A stretch of 64,000 nt of DNA from an uncultured Acidobacteriota bacterium (lineage in GTDB: Bacteria; Acidobacteriota; Terriglobia; Terriglobales; Acidobacteriaceae), in NCBI GenBank assembly GCA_963788645.1, contig CAWBHF010000021.1:3410-67409 (forward strand), read 5' to 3'. Both the position numbers and the translations under genes were made by a program. The first letter of the stretch is position 1; each line of letters opens with the position of its first letter. Shown here piece after piece: positions 1-8,020 of the stretch. The notes beneath the pieces were generated by a model. The model worked only from the letters and a program-made list of their open reading frames with translations, was not told the origin of the DNA and searched no databases.

Positions 1-1071
1 AACGCTTCCCTGCTTTGGTGCCAGCAGCGGTGCCAGTTTAGAAACCACCAAACGCTCCACGGCCTCGGCCTGATGAGCCGGTGCAAGATGTGCATAGCGC
101 ATGGTGGTGGTGATCGTGCGGTGTCCCATCAACTCCTGCACCGTGCGCAAATCGACCCCAGCCATGACCAGACGGCTGGCAAAGGTGTGACGCAAAGAAT
201 GCCACGTGAAATTCTTGATCTCGACTTCCTTGCAGGCAGCGGTGAACCAACGGCTGGGAATCTCGCCAGGAAAAACATGGTCTGAAGCGGCGCTCTTTCT
301 GAGACCGGCGAGCGTGCTGCGCAGGACGCTGTTCATCGGGAGATGACGGACGCCGCCGTGCTTGCTGCGTGGAATAGTCAATAGTCCATTGCGGAAATCG
401 ACGTTGCCCCACTTGAGTCCACCCTCGGGACATTCCGACGTCAGGTACTGCTCGGAGCGGCGCATGCCGGAATGCAAAGCTACCAGCACCTCAGGCTCTC
501 GCTCGGGGAAGTTGGCCTGGAGATAAGCGAATAGTCGCTTTTCCTCCTCTTCGCTCAGAAAGCCCACCCGCGCATTGTTCTCGATACGGTGGCGGACGCC
601 ACGCACTGGATTGTCAGCGGCCTTCCCGTTGCGGATGGCCAGCGAAAGGGTGGCCGATGCCAAGGCGCGATAGCGGTTGTAGGTGGCTGGCAGCCACTTC
701 TCGTCAATCGCGGCCTGCCCCAAATCGCGCTCGATGCGGCCCGCATTCAGCTCAGTGACCAGACACTCGCGCCAGAGTCGTAGCAACAGAATCATGCGCG
801 CAGCATCATGTCCGTAGCTGCGCTTGTTACGTTTCGAGTAGTCAAGGAAATCTTTCGAGAGCTCGCCGAAAACGATGGGACGCTGTCGCTCGCCAGGCGA
901 GAAGAACTTCCCTTCGTAGATTTCGGACTTGCGCTTGTTATAGGCCGCCATCGCCTTTTTCAGAAAAGGTCCGACCTTTTCGCGGTGCATGCGCCCAGCC
1001 AGGTCGGCGTAGCGTATCCAATACGCGTTGTCTCTCCAGAAAATGCCTCTGGGTAGCTTCTGCGGAATCAT
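1..1071 (-). CDS. Tyrosine recombinase / phage-type integrase; its 3' end runs off the left window edge, so it is absent from the supplied ORF track
   Basis: An uninterrupted minus-strand frame runs from ATG (1071-1069) to position 1. My translation is MIPQKLPRGIFWRDNAYWIRY...ALHSGMRRSEQ...FTWHSLRHTFASRLVMAGVDLRTVQELMGHRTITTTMRYAHLAPAHQAEAVERL. This gives the R, H-x-x-R, H and Y catalytic signature. The start overlaps the stop of the upstream gene (ATGA). Confidence 0.9.
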   Translation of the reverse strand, partial: MIPQKLPRGIFWRDNAYWIRYADLAGRMHREKVGPFLKKAMAAYNKRKSEIYEGKFFSPGERQRPIVFGELSKDFLDYSKRNKRSYGHDAARMILLLRLWRECLVTELNAGRIERDLGQAAIDEKWLPATYNRYRALASATLSLAIRNGKAADNPVRGVRHRIENNARVGFLSEEEEKRLFAYLQANFPEREPEVLVALHSGMRRSEQYLTSECPEGGLKWGNVDFRNGLLTIPRSKHGGVRHLPMNSVLRSTLAGLRKSAASDHVFPGEIPSRWFTAACKEVEIKNFTWHSLRHTFASRLVMAGVDLRTVQELMGHRTITTTMRYAHLAPAHQAEAVERLVVSKLAPLLAPKQGSV

Positions 1072-1997
1072 TGTCGCTTCCTCCTTGTACGATCTCGTTT
1101 TTGCTTTGCTCTGATGGCGCGCTTGTACTCGCGGGAGCTGACACGATTTGCACACTTCGTCCCGCAGTAACGTCGGCGATGGCGTGTTTCCGACCGGAAC
1201 AGACGTCCACACTCGTCGCACTGATGCAATGAGTTGCCGCTCCAGGCATCCAAAAGGATCAGGTATTCCATGGCCCTTTCGAGCTGATCCGCCTTGGGTC
1301 GAGGAATGATGGTCCGTCGCTGCCCCGATCGCTTCGGACGTATCGGCTGTGGAAAGGTAGTCACTTCAAAACAGTGCGAAATGGTGACATCCATCAGTCG
1401 ACGGACGTAGGCAAGATGTGCGGTTTCCAGGATCTTTGTAATTTGTCCTTCTTCACGGGTTCGCACGCCAATCCAGTCCGTCTCTTTCGGTAAACCATGG
1501 ACTGCCTCGACGAACCCGCTCAACCAAACCAGGTATTCCCGGTCTTCGGGGATCTGCCAGCTCTGAATCTTGGCCGAGATTTCAAGGAAGCCGAGCCGAT
1601 CGGTTTTGAGCTCCAGATATCCCCCGATGCCTTCCACCTCGCGCGACCCGGATTGAAAACTGGAAAGCAAATCGACGATTCGTCGCAAGTACCGATGTGT
1701 GAGCCAATACCGGCTAAGCGCGAGAATCGATTTCCCCGCCGCTATGTGCTCTGGAGTTAGGAAAATCGGACCCCAGCGTCTGACAAATCCCACCAACCCT
1801 TTATCATCTTCTACCTTCAGGAACTGCAGATGAGGCCGTCCTGAGTCAAAAGGGGATTCGAGGAAGCCCGCTGATTCTCTGACTAGCGGGTACGCATGTT
1901 CGAAATCCAGCAGGCAGACGATCGCGCCGTCTTGGATAATGACGTCTTTGCCTGGAGCCCACATTCCCAGCTCGAGTATGCGTCCATGTGGTTTCAT
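1068..1997 (-). CDS. Hypothetical protein with a C-terminal CGNR-type zinc finger and a basic tail
   Basis: 309-aa ORF. The C-terminus CDECGRLFRSETRHRRRYCGTKCANRVSSREYKRAIRAK fits the C-x2-C...(W/Y)C...C-x-NR pattern of zf-CGNR domains. The N-terminal ~250 aa are unrecognised. The stop overlaps the integrase start. Confidence 0.7.
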   Translation of the reverse strand: MKPHGRILELGMWAPGKDVIIQDGAIVCLLDFEHAYPLVRESAGFLESPFDSGRPHLQFLKVEDDKGLVGFVRRWGPIFLTPEHIAAGKSILALSRYWLTHRYLRRIVDLLSSFQSGSREVEGIGGYLELKTDRLGFLEISAKIQSWQIPEDREYLVWLSGFVEAVHGLPKETDWIGVRTREEGQITKILETAHLAYVRRLMDVTISHCFEVTTFPQPIRPKRSGQRRTIIPRPKADQLERAMEYLILLDAWSGNSLHQCDECGRLFRSETRHRRRYCGTKCANRVSSREYKRAIRAKQKRDRTRRKRQ

Positions 1998-2054
1998 AGT
2001 TTCACATGGACGTCAGTTTAGGCCAGAATTGGCTGATTAGTCAAGGGCGTTCCC

Positions 2055-2258
2055 ATGTATCCACCCAAACTGAGTTACACCCTCAAAGAAGCCGCCCAGG
2101 CGACCGGCTTGTCACAGCGATTCCTGTGCTACGCGATTGCAGACGGCCGATTGAAGAGCGTAAAGGTTGGCGGCCGCCGTCTCATTCTCGCCCGTCACCT
2201 TGAAAATTTCATCATTCACGGGGGTAAGAGCGCCGAAGATCCTATGCCGGTCCGCTGA
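2055..2258 (+). CDS. Small excisionase/AlpA-like helix-turn-helix DNA-binding protein
   Basis: 67 aa. YTLKEAAQATGLSQRFLCYAIADGRLKSVKVGGRRLI is typical of excisionase-family (MerR-like) HTH proteins. The gene is divergent from the CGNR/integrase pair. Confidence 0.65.
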   Translation: MYPPKLSYTLKEAAQATGLSQRFLCYAIADGRLKSVKVGGRRLILARHLENFIIHGGKSAEDPMPVR

Positions 2259-2497
2259 ATCAGGAGCGGTGACTGTGTTCACTCTCAAATCTCAAACCGA
2301 TCTTTCACGATTCTCGCGCGTAGTTTGGACAGTTTCTGGTCGATTTTCACGGGTGCTTGATGGATCTTTAACGGTCCGGAAACGATTTGGCGAACTTGGA
2401 ACGATCTCGGTGCAATACGCAGCCAAAGTTCTCCCGAGCCTTCCTTGGGCAACTCGTTCGGGTGGGCAGCCAAGCGATTTGCTGAGTGGAGGATGAC

Positions 2498-3757
2498 ATG
2501 CCCCAGATCTATTACAGAATCGGACAAGCCGCAGCCCGACTCAGGAGATCGAAATATCACCTGCGCCGGCTCGCCAAAGAAGGTTTGATCCACTACAAAA
2601 CCACAAGCAGCGGACAATTGCTGTTCCCCGCCTCAGAGATCGACCGACTGGAAGAGGAAGGCGTTCCTCCAGTCCCGGCAACCGCGGAGCCTGAAGACGC
2701 AGCGGAAGAGGTTGACGACGAACCCACGGCTTACCGCGCACATTCTGTGAAGGGTCAGTTGGTCCCCGCTTCTTCCCGAGGCATGATCTCCCCCGCCGAG
2801 AGGGTTCTATCCAGTTGGCACGAAACCGCCGCCCTGAAAGCCGCCCAGCAAGCTGAACGACGGCGGATTATAAAAACCCAAAGAGAGTTGTGGGCTAGGG
2901 CTGACGGAGAACGAGAACGCCAGGAATGGGTGGATTCGTGGGTCCAGTCTGCAATCAATTGGCTGCCTTACGGGGTTCCCCAACAATATCAGCTGGAGGT
3001 TCGACGGCAGGTTGAGGGGGTCCTTCAGGAACTACACCCCTCTCAGAGTTACTCTCTGGTGTCATCCCTCGTCAACGCTGCGTCCGCCAGGGCTCTTGAA
3101 CCGTTGGAGCGCCAACGGGAAACGGAAAAGGCCGTGGAAAAGGCACTCGCGAACCTAGACATCTCCGCGAAAGATTTTTATAAGCCTACAGAATGGCAGA
3201 TTAGAAGCGAACACGATGCCAGGGCAGCACTGCGCGCTCTGCCCCAAGGCGCCTCATTTCACGAAAAGAAAGCCGCGGCTAGATCCGCCGTGCACAAGAT
3301 CAATGCTGAACTTGAACACGCGCGCACCTTCAACCGACTGGTCGAACAGGTCAGTTTGTGGAGTGGAAGCGACGAAGAGAGACGACGGGCCAAACTATCA
3401 GTTGAGAAAGCACTGAAAGCTTTGCCAGTGGGTTCATCTTTGACAGAGATGGAAGAGGTCAAGAACCGTATCGTGAAGCCCTTTGAGGAAGCAATCGAGA
3501 AACGAAAAAAACAAAAGGAAAAACAGGCGCGAATAGAAGAACGTCTCGCTCAGGCTCAAGGGTACGTAGAAACTTATCTAAAAGAGTTGGAGTCCGAAGA
3601 TGAGTTTGAGTTTGACGACGTGCAGGACCTGAGAAATTTCTCGTCTGAGCTGCGGGATTCAATCGCACCGAAGCTGCGTGAAGAACTGGCGGACGGAGAT
3701 CTGACCGATGCGCAATTTAAGCGGCTCGTCGAAGAGTTAGTCGATGAAGAAATCTAG
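2498..3757 (+). CDS. HTH (excisionase/MerR-like) N-terminal domain fused to a long acidic coiled-coil region; function unknown
   Basis: ORF 2486-3757. I prefer the ATG at 2498, which is preceded by GGAGG. The N-terminus IYYRIGQAAARLRRSKYHLRRLAKEGLIHY...FPASEIDRL is HTH-like. The rest is E/K/R/A-rich with an internal duplicated motif (ALRALPQGASF / ALKALPVGSSL). Confidence 0.65.
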   Translation: MPQIYYRIGQAAARLRRSKYHLRRLAKEGLIHYKTTSSGQLLFPASEIDRLEEEGVPPVPATAEPEDAAEEVDDEPTAYRAHSVKGQLVPASSRGMISPAERVLSSWHETAALKAAQQAERRRIIKTQRELWARADGERERQEWVDSWVQSAINWLPYGVPQQYQLEVRRQVEGVLQELHPSQSYSLVSSLVNAASARALEPLERQRETEKAVEKALANLDISAKDFYKPTEWQIRSEHDARAALRALPQGASFHEKKAAARSAVHKINAELEHARTFNRLVEQVSLWSGSDEERRRAKLSVEKALKALPVGSSLTEMEEVKNRIVKPFEEAIEKRKKQKEKQARIEERLAQAQGYVETYLKELESEDEFEFDDVQDLRNFSSELRDSIAPKLREELADGDLTDAQFKRLVEELVDEEI

Positions 3758-4549
3758 AACTGATCCCTCGAGGATTCTACTGACATCCCCAGGAGTTGAA
3801 CCTAATGTCTGCGATCCCAACTGGAAACTCAATTTGTCAACGGCGCGGGCCCCTCGCGAACCGAGAACCAAGAGCGAATCGGCGACCAATGTTGCCCGGC
3901 GACGCCGGTGGCCATCGTTTCCCCGAAACGAGGCCGGATCGGCCTGACGCATGTTTGCCACCAACAACGAGCGGCATTTATGTGACCACAAATGCAACGC
4001 CGAAGATGCCAGCCAAGCCGCTATGGAGACTGTGCAAAGAAGCTGCCAGGGATTGAGAAATAAACATTAGCGAATTTTCCGCCTGCATTGCATTGTCACG
4101 TTTCGTGCGCCCTCCTGCTCAGGTGTAGGATTCTGCACATGGCCCGCCGCAAAGAAACTACCATCGAACGCATCTACCGGGAAGTCACCGGCGGCAAAAT
4201 GCCCGCTGCAGTGAAACGCGTTCTTCTACCCGAGCGAAAGGTCAAGCGACATTGATGCTCTCGCGCGTGGAGGAACCTGAGGAGCGCCAAGCGAGTGGAT
4301 TAAAACACCTAGAGATCGCAGAGAAGTGAAATTCAAGTACCGGGAACTGCGGGACGAACAAGCGCTCATCACCGCTCGGGCTGGGTGCAAAGTCGTCTAT
4401 TCGATTCGTATTGAACGACGCGAGAAACCCGCTTAGTGGTGAAGAAGTTGCAAGTCGTTTCGAGGGCGCGACTTCTAAAGAAGGAGCAAGCCAGCCAGGA
4501 CACTACCCAAGAGTTCGGATTCGTCCATCTAACCTAGACATTGTGAAGT

Positions 4550-4578
4550 TTGACAATCGTAGGGCACAAGCCTAGCAT
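4550..4578 (+). promoter_or_regulatory. Sigma70-like promoter candidate upstream of the Hsp20 gene
   Basis: TTGACA (4550-4555), a 17-nt spacer, then TAGCAT (4573-4578), about 105 nt upstream of the start codon. Confidence 0.3.
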
Positions 4579-4683
4579 TGGAATTGAGCAAGCTACCTCT
4601 TCTTACTCTTTCAGGTCCCCTGAACTAAGTCAGCCAATCTGAAGTTCTCCCTCTTAGCTTCCCTCTGAAGGAGGAATCACGTT

Positions 4684-5175
4684 ATGACAATATTGACCCG
4701 TTGGGATCCTGCCCGCGAGTACTCGACCCTTCAAGACCGTATGAACCGTCTTTTCCGTGAGTCGTACAGCCCCGAAGCCCCGGAGGAGGCGTTAACCACC
4801 ACTGGTTTTGCCCCGCCGGTAGACATCTATGAAGATGAGCACACCATTACTCTGAAGCTTGAAATCCCCGGCATCGATGAAAAAGACATTGATGTCCGTA
4901 TCCAGAACAACACTCTTACCGTTCATGGCGAGCGCAAAATTGAGAAGGAAGAGAAGGAGGAGAACTTCCGTCGTGTCGAGAGGCAATATGGAAGCTTTAC
5001 CCGTTCGTTCACTCTGCCGAGCTCCGTGGATCCGGGGCAAGTGAGCGCCGACTATGCCAAGGGCGTGCTGAACATCAAGCTCGCCAAGAAGGCCGAAGCC
5101 AAGCCCAAGCAGATCAAGATTAATGTTGGCGCCGAGAAGATCCTCGAAGCCAAGCCTGTCGCCAAGGCCGCGTAG
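4684..5175 (+). CDS. Hsp20/alpha-crystallin family small heat-shock protein
   Basis: 163 aa. PPVDIYEDEHTITLKLEIPGIDEKDIDVRIQNNTLTVHGERK...RVERQYGSFTRSFTLP...ADYAKGVLNIKL is the canonical ACD. A strong RBS GAAGGAGG sits 8 nt upstream. Confidence 0.95.
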   Translation: MTILTRWDPAREYSTLQDRMNRLFRESYSPEAPEEALTTTGFAPPVDIYEDEHTITLKLEIPGIDEKDIDVRIQNNTLTVHGERKIEKEEKEENFRRVERQYGSFTRSFTLPSSVDPGQVSADYAKGVLNIKLAKKAEAKPKQIKINVGAEKILEAKPVAKAA

Positions 5176-5261
5176 AACCAGCAGGCGCAGGGAAACGGGA
5201 GGCGGTTTATGTCGCCTCTCCCTCATCGTAGTTTGGACTGCTTCTTTGTCCAGGAGTGGTT

Positions 5262-5516
5262 ATGATCACTGGCAAAGTTTGGCCGCAACTCTACAAGGCT
5301 GCGCTCTTTGAGTTGGACGCGGACAAAGTTTCAGAACGAATTGCTGAGGCGGAAACGGCACTGGTGACCCGTGCGCGCGAACTGTTTCACTCCGCGGGAG
5401 ACAATATCGAGGAAGAGCAGGATGTAGATGACGCGATGTATGCCTTGCACGCCCTTCGGAGCGCGTTGAAGTGCGGGCCAAATGCGAAAGACGCCTCCCA
5501 AGAACTGGCTGCTTGA
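5262..5516 (+). CDS. Small conserved hypothetical protein; paralogue of 10522-10734
   Basis: ORF 5256-5516. The ATG at 5262 follows AGGAG. The motif LFELDADKVSERIAEAETALVTRARELF...DDAMYALHALRSAL is shared with the 10522-10734 product. Confidence 0.5.
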   Translation: MITGKVWPQLYKAALFELDADKVSERIAEAETALVTRARELFHSAGDNIEEEQDVDDAMYALHALRSALKCGPNAKDASQELAA

Positions 5517-5538
5517 AAATCAACTGGAGGTCAGGCTG

Positions 5539-5733
5539 ATGATGGATGCGAATTACATTTCGGAACGTCTCGGCAGCATGAGACAAGAAATAAGCGATCT
5601 AAGAATCACAACCGCGCGGTATTGGAGCAAGGACCAGCACACTGCGCTGGAGAAATCCGCTTTCGCCTTACGAAAGGGACGTTTGTTGGAGATCAAACGA
5701 GAAGTGTCGGACATGATGAAACGCTGTGCCTGA
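5539..5733 (+). CDS. Small hypothetical protein
   Basis: Internal ATG of ORF 5482-5733, preceded by GGAGG (MMDANYISERLGSMRQEISDLR...). No recognisable domain. Confidence 0.45.
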   Translation: MMDANYISERLGSMRQEISDLRITTARYWSKDQHTALEKSAFALRKGRLLEIKREVSDMMKRCA

Positions 5734-5841
5734 AGCTCGGTTGACTTCCGAAGTTACAACGTCAGATCAACCCAGCGGTATGGAGGGTCCGAGCGGCAAA
5801 AAAATGCCGCCCACAACAATACCCTCAAAGAATGAGCCAAT

Positions 5842-5985
5842 ATGGTTCGTGACCCCCGGAAAACATGGCAGTACTTTGCTCAAGCCGTCATTCAGGAAGA
5901 AGACCCGGAAAAGCTTACCTACCTGATGCGACAACTTTACCGCGCGCTGAAAGATACTGAGGAACGGCCCACTCGAAACATCTGA
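5842..5985 (+). CDS. Possible 47-aa small protein (below the ORF-track size cutoff)
   Basis: My translation is MVRDPRKTWQYFAQAVIQEEDPEKLTYLMRQLYRALKDTEERPTRNI. The RBS is weak. The call is based only on the open frame and a helical, protein-like sequence. Confidence 0.3.
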   Translation: MVRDPRKTWQYFAQAVIQEEDPEKLTYLMRQLYRALKDTEERPTRNI

Positions 5986-6068
5986 GGTTCAAAAGCGCGG
6001 CGTGGGAAAGACTGCCATCTGAGTCGATACGCCAGACTTGCCGCAGGGGGAGCACACTCGGGCCGAAA

Positions 6069-7025
6069 CTATTGCTGCATAGCTTCAGGAGCGGTATGCA
6101 GAGTCTCAGGAGCTGCGATTGGCATGATTCGGGAACTTGTGAGCTGGTTCGCCTGCGAGAGGCTGAGATTATCGGGAACCGCGCGGAAGTCTGACCGGAT
6201 CTCGTATTCCTGTTTGCTGATGGTTTTGAATAGAACGAGACGCCCTGACAATTGAACGTCAATCAGTGCGGTTTTCCATTGGGAAGGTCCGACCTCCACG
6301 CGCCCAATCTCAACTGTACCGCCGTTGTCGATGTGCCCCAGGAGTCCATAGCCAAATTCCACGGGGCTGATGATTCGTCCTGAGATCCTGGCAAGGCGTT
6401 TCTGGCGCGAGTCGATCAGAATAGTGCCAGCAAGGCTATGTACCACTCGGGCTTCGTAAGTCGGAGGATTGTAGTTTTCCTTGGGGCGGAATTTGACCCT
6501 CACTAGATTTCCCTCGAGGCCATCGTAGTCGTAGAGAAAGGCTTTCGCCATCAGGTGCATGAGCGTCTCAAGTTTCTGTTCGTCTTCGTCGTGGGCACGC
6601 TTGACCTTCAACTGCTCACTGGGGTTAGTCAAAAGACGGTCGATGCGCGCCTCGTCCTGCTGGCGCTGGTCCGGCGGAAGCGGCCGGCCGTCAATAGCGA
6701 CCAGCCGATAAAGTGGGCCATTTCTGGTTTCCACCTGCTCCTCCGTGAGAATCTGCTTTCCGTCTTGTTTTTTGATCGTGTACATCCATTTCCGCTGCTC
6801 TGCGCGGTCTGCCAGTTCGTTGGCTACGACCACATTGACGAGGTCAGCGGCCAGCGGCGGGAAGCTCTGTGCTGCCACTGGTGCTATACAGGAGACCGTC
6901 AAAAGAAATGCCCCCGCGAAGCGCTGCGCCTCCGTCAGTCTTGCCAGAGTACCGTTGCACATAGTTCGCCACCGTTCCGCCAGGCGCCTTCCATTCATCC
7001 CCGCAAAAGAGTGGGCATCGATCAC
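6069..7025 (-). CDS. Exported hypothetical protein
   Basis: 318-aa ORF with a signal-like segment AGAFLLTVSCIAPVAAQS. The true start may be an internal Met (6998 or 6962). No recognisable domain. Confidence 0.65.
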   Translation of the reverse strand: MIDAHSFAGMNGRRLAERWRTMCNGTLARLTEAQRFAGAFLLTVSCIAPVAAQSFPPLAADLVNVVVANELADRAEQRKWMYTIKKQDGKQILTEEQVETRNGPLYRLVAIDGRPLPPDQRQQDEARIDRLLTNPSEQLKVKRAHDEDEQKLETLMHLMAKAFLYDYDGLEGNLVRVKFRPKENYNPPTYEARVVHSLAGTILIDSRQKRLARISGRIISPVEFGYGLLGHIDNGGTVEIGRVEVGPSQWKTALIDVQLSGRLVLFKTISKQEYEIRSDFRAVPDNLSLSQANQLTSSRIMPIAAPETLHTAPEAMQQ

Positions 7026-7717
7026 GGATTTGAACCCGAATTTGGCGCTCCGTGCGCATTGTTCAGATGCATGCGAGAGAGCAAGGAGTGAGGCCCGCCA
7101 AAGAAAAACTCCAGGGCGATGTTCCCGCCCAAATATCCCAGCAAGCTGTAGTTGCCAATTCGGAAGGCATCCTTGTAGTTGTAACGGTCCGGATACCAGG
7201 CATAGACGGCGGTCATCGATCCGGCATACGGAGCGACGAGATCGGGAACTGAAAAGACGCGGCGGCCATCATCGCCACGCCGTGCTGTGATGGTCGAAAT
7301 CACGGCGTGGCCCAGCCGAGGGAAAAGGCCCCTGCACTCACACCGGTAATACAGAGTGTCTTCTTTGAAAGCCTCCGCAAGCGCATAGCGCGCGGTCGTA
7401 CTTACGGCCGCGATGCCGAAGTCGGACGCGAATCGCTTGCCATAGCCCTCCGCCCCTTGTTTCCACTCCGGCACGGTGTTGTCGGCTTGGCCAATGCCAG
7501 CCGCGAGCGCCGCGCCGACGATCGGATAAGGACCGACCGTCTCGAAGAAGTAGTTGCGAAGCTTCATTTCATGGGTGGGGCGCGTGTATGTCAGATCTGG
7601 CAGCTCGCGTCTTGCCCCTCCTGTGGCGGTACTGGAGGAGTCTCCAGAATCAACCACGGTTTGCGCCTTTGCCAGGGGTGACCCCGCGACGCACATAAGC
7701 AACGACAGCAAAATCAT
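7022..7717 (-). CDS. Exported hypothetical protein
   Basis: ORF 7022-7930. I prefer the Met at 7717, which begins the signal peptide MILLSLLMCVAGSPLAKAQ. Upstream of that point the frame overlaps another small gene. Confidence 0.65.
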   Translation of the reverse strand: MILLSLLMCVAGSPLAKAQTVVDSGDSSSTATGGARRELPDLTYTRPTHEMKLRNYFFETVGPYPIVGAALAAGIGQADNTVPEWKQGAEGYGKRFASDFGIAAVSTTARYALAEAFKEDTLYYRCECRGLFPRLGHAVISTITARRGDDGRRVFSVPDLVAPYAGSMTAVYAWYPDRYNYKDAFRIGNYSLLGYLGGNIALEFFFGGPHSLLSRMHLNNAHGAPNSGSNP

Positions 7718-7796
7718 AATCCGACGTATGTTCAAGTCACGAGTCTCCTGGTCCAATCTCAGATGCACCTGCAGTTCAAGGGTTGGTTTCGATTCG

Positions 7797-7958
7797 TCAT
7801 ACGGTGAGCGGGCAAGATCCGTGGTCGCACTGGCACGCAATCTCCACCTCCTTGGATCCTGCTTCGCCACAGGCTTGACCGCAGTATTTGTCGCCACTTT
7901 GCACCAGGCACCGGCAGGGCAGATGCGCACAGTTGTTTTTTTGATTTGTCGTCATCAT
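7797..7958 (-). CDS. Metallothionein-like Cys/His-rich 53-aa protein (not in the ORF track)
   Basis: Codon-by-codon translation gives MMTTNQKNNCAHLPCRCLVQSGDKYCGQACGEAGSKEVEIACQCDHGSCPLTV (8 Cys, 2 His). The RBS AAAGGAGAAA lies directly upstream. The pattern CAH-x2-C-x-C...YC-x3-C...C-x-C-x-H-x2-C resembles bacterial (BmtA/SmtA-like) metallothioneins. Confidence 0.55.
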   Translation of the reverse strand: MMTTNQKNNCAHLPCRCLVQSGDKYCGQACGEAGSKEVEIACQCDHGSCPLTV

Positions 7959-8020
7959 TTTCTCCTTTTGTGGTATGTATTTTGTGAATAGATCCGGGGG
8001 CTTGCTGTTCCGTCGACGTC

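Larger units (their letters stand above)
1..3757. mobile_element. Integrase / Xis-like module of an integrative element; the extent is unknown and the left end lies outside the window
   Basis: Co-location of a tyrosine integrase, an Xis-like HTH gene and two element-type hypothetical genes. No att repeat can be defined inside the window except possibly the tRNA-Leu fragment at 29206-29267. Confidence 0.45.

Noticed and set aside
3775-3812. tRNA-like T-arm on the minus strand (GGTTCAACTCC followed by TGGGGATGTCA) as a possible att site for the integrase module
   Set aside because: Only the T-loop resembles a tRNA. The T-stem needs two G-U pairs, there is no CCA or anticodon arm, and the orientation does not fit the integrase position.
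4139-4480. Several very short basic ORFs (for example 4139-4255, MARRKETTIERIYREVTGGK...; 4326-4436) between the integrase module and hsp20
   Set aside because: They have no RBS and no recognisable family, and the frames are interrupted by stops. They may be decayed element genes, but this cannot be supported from sequence alone.
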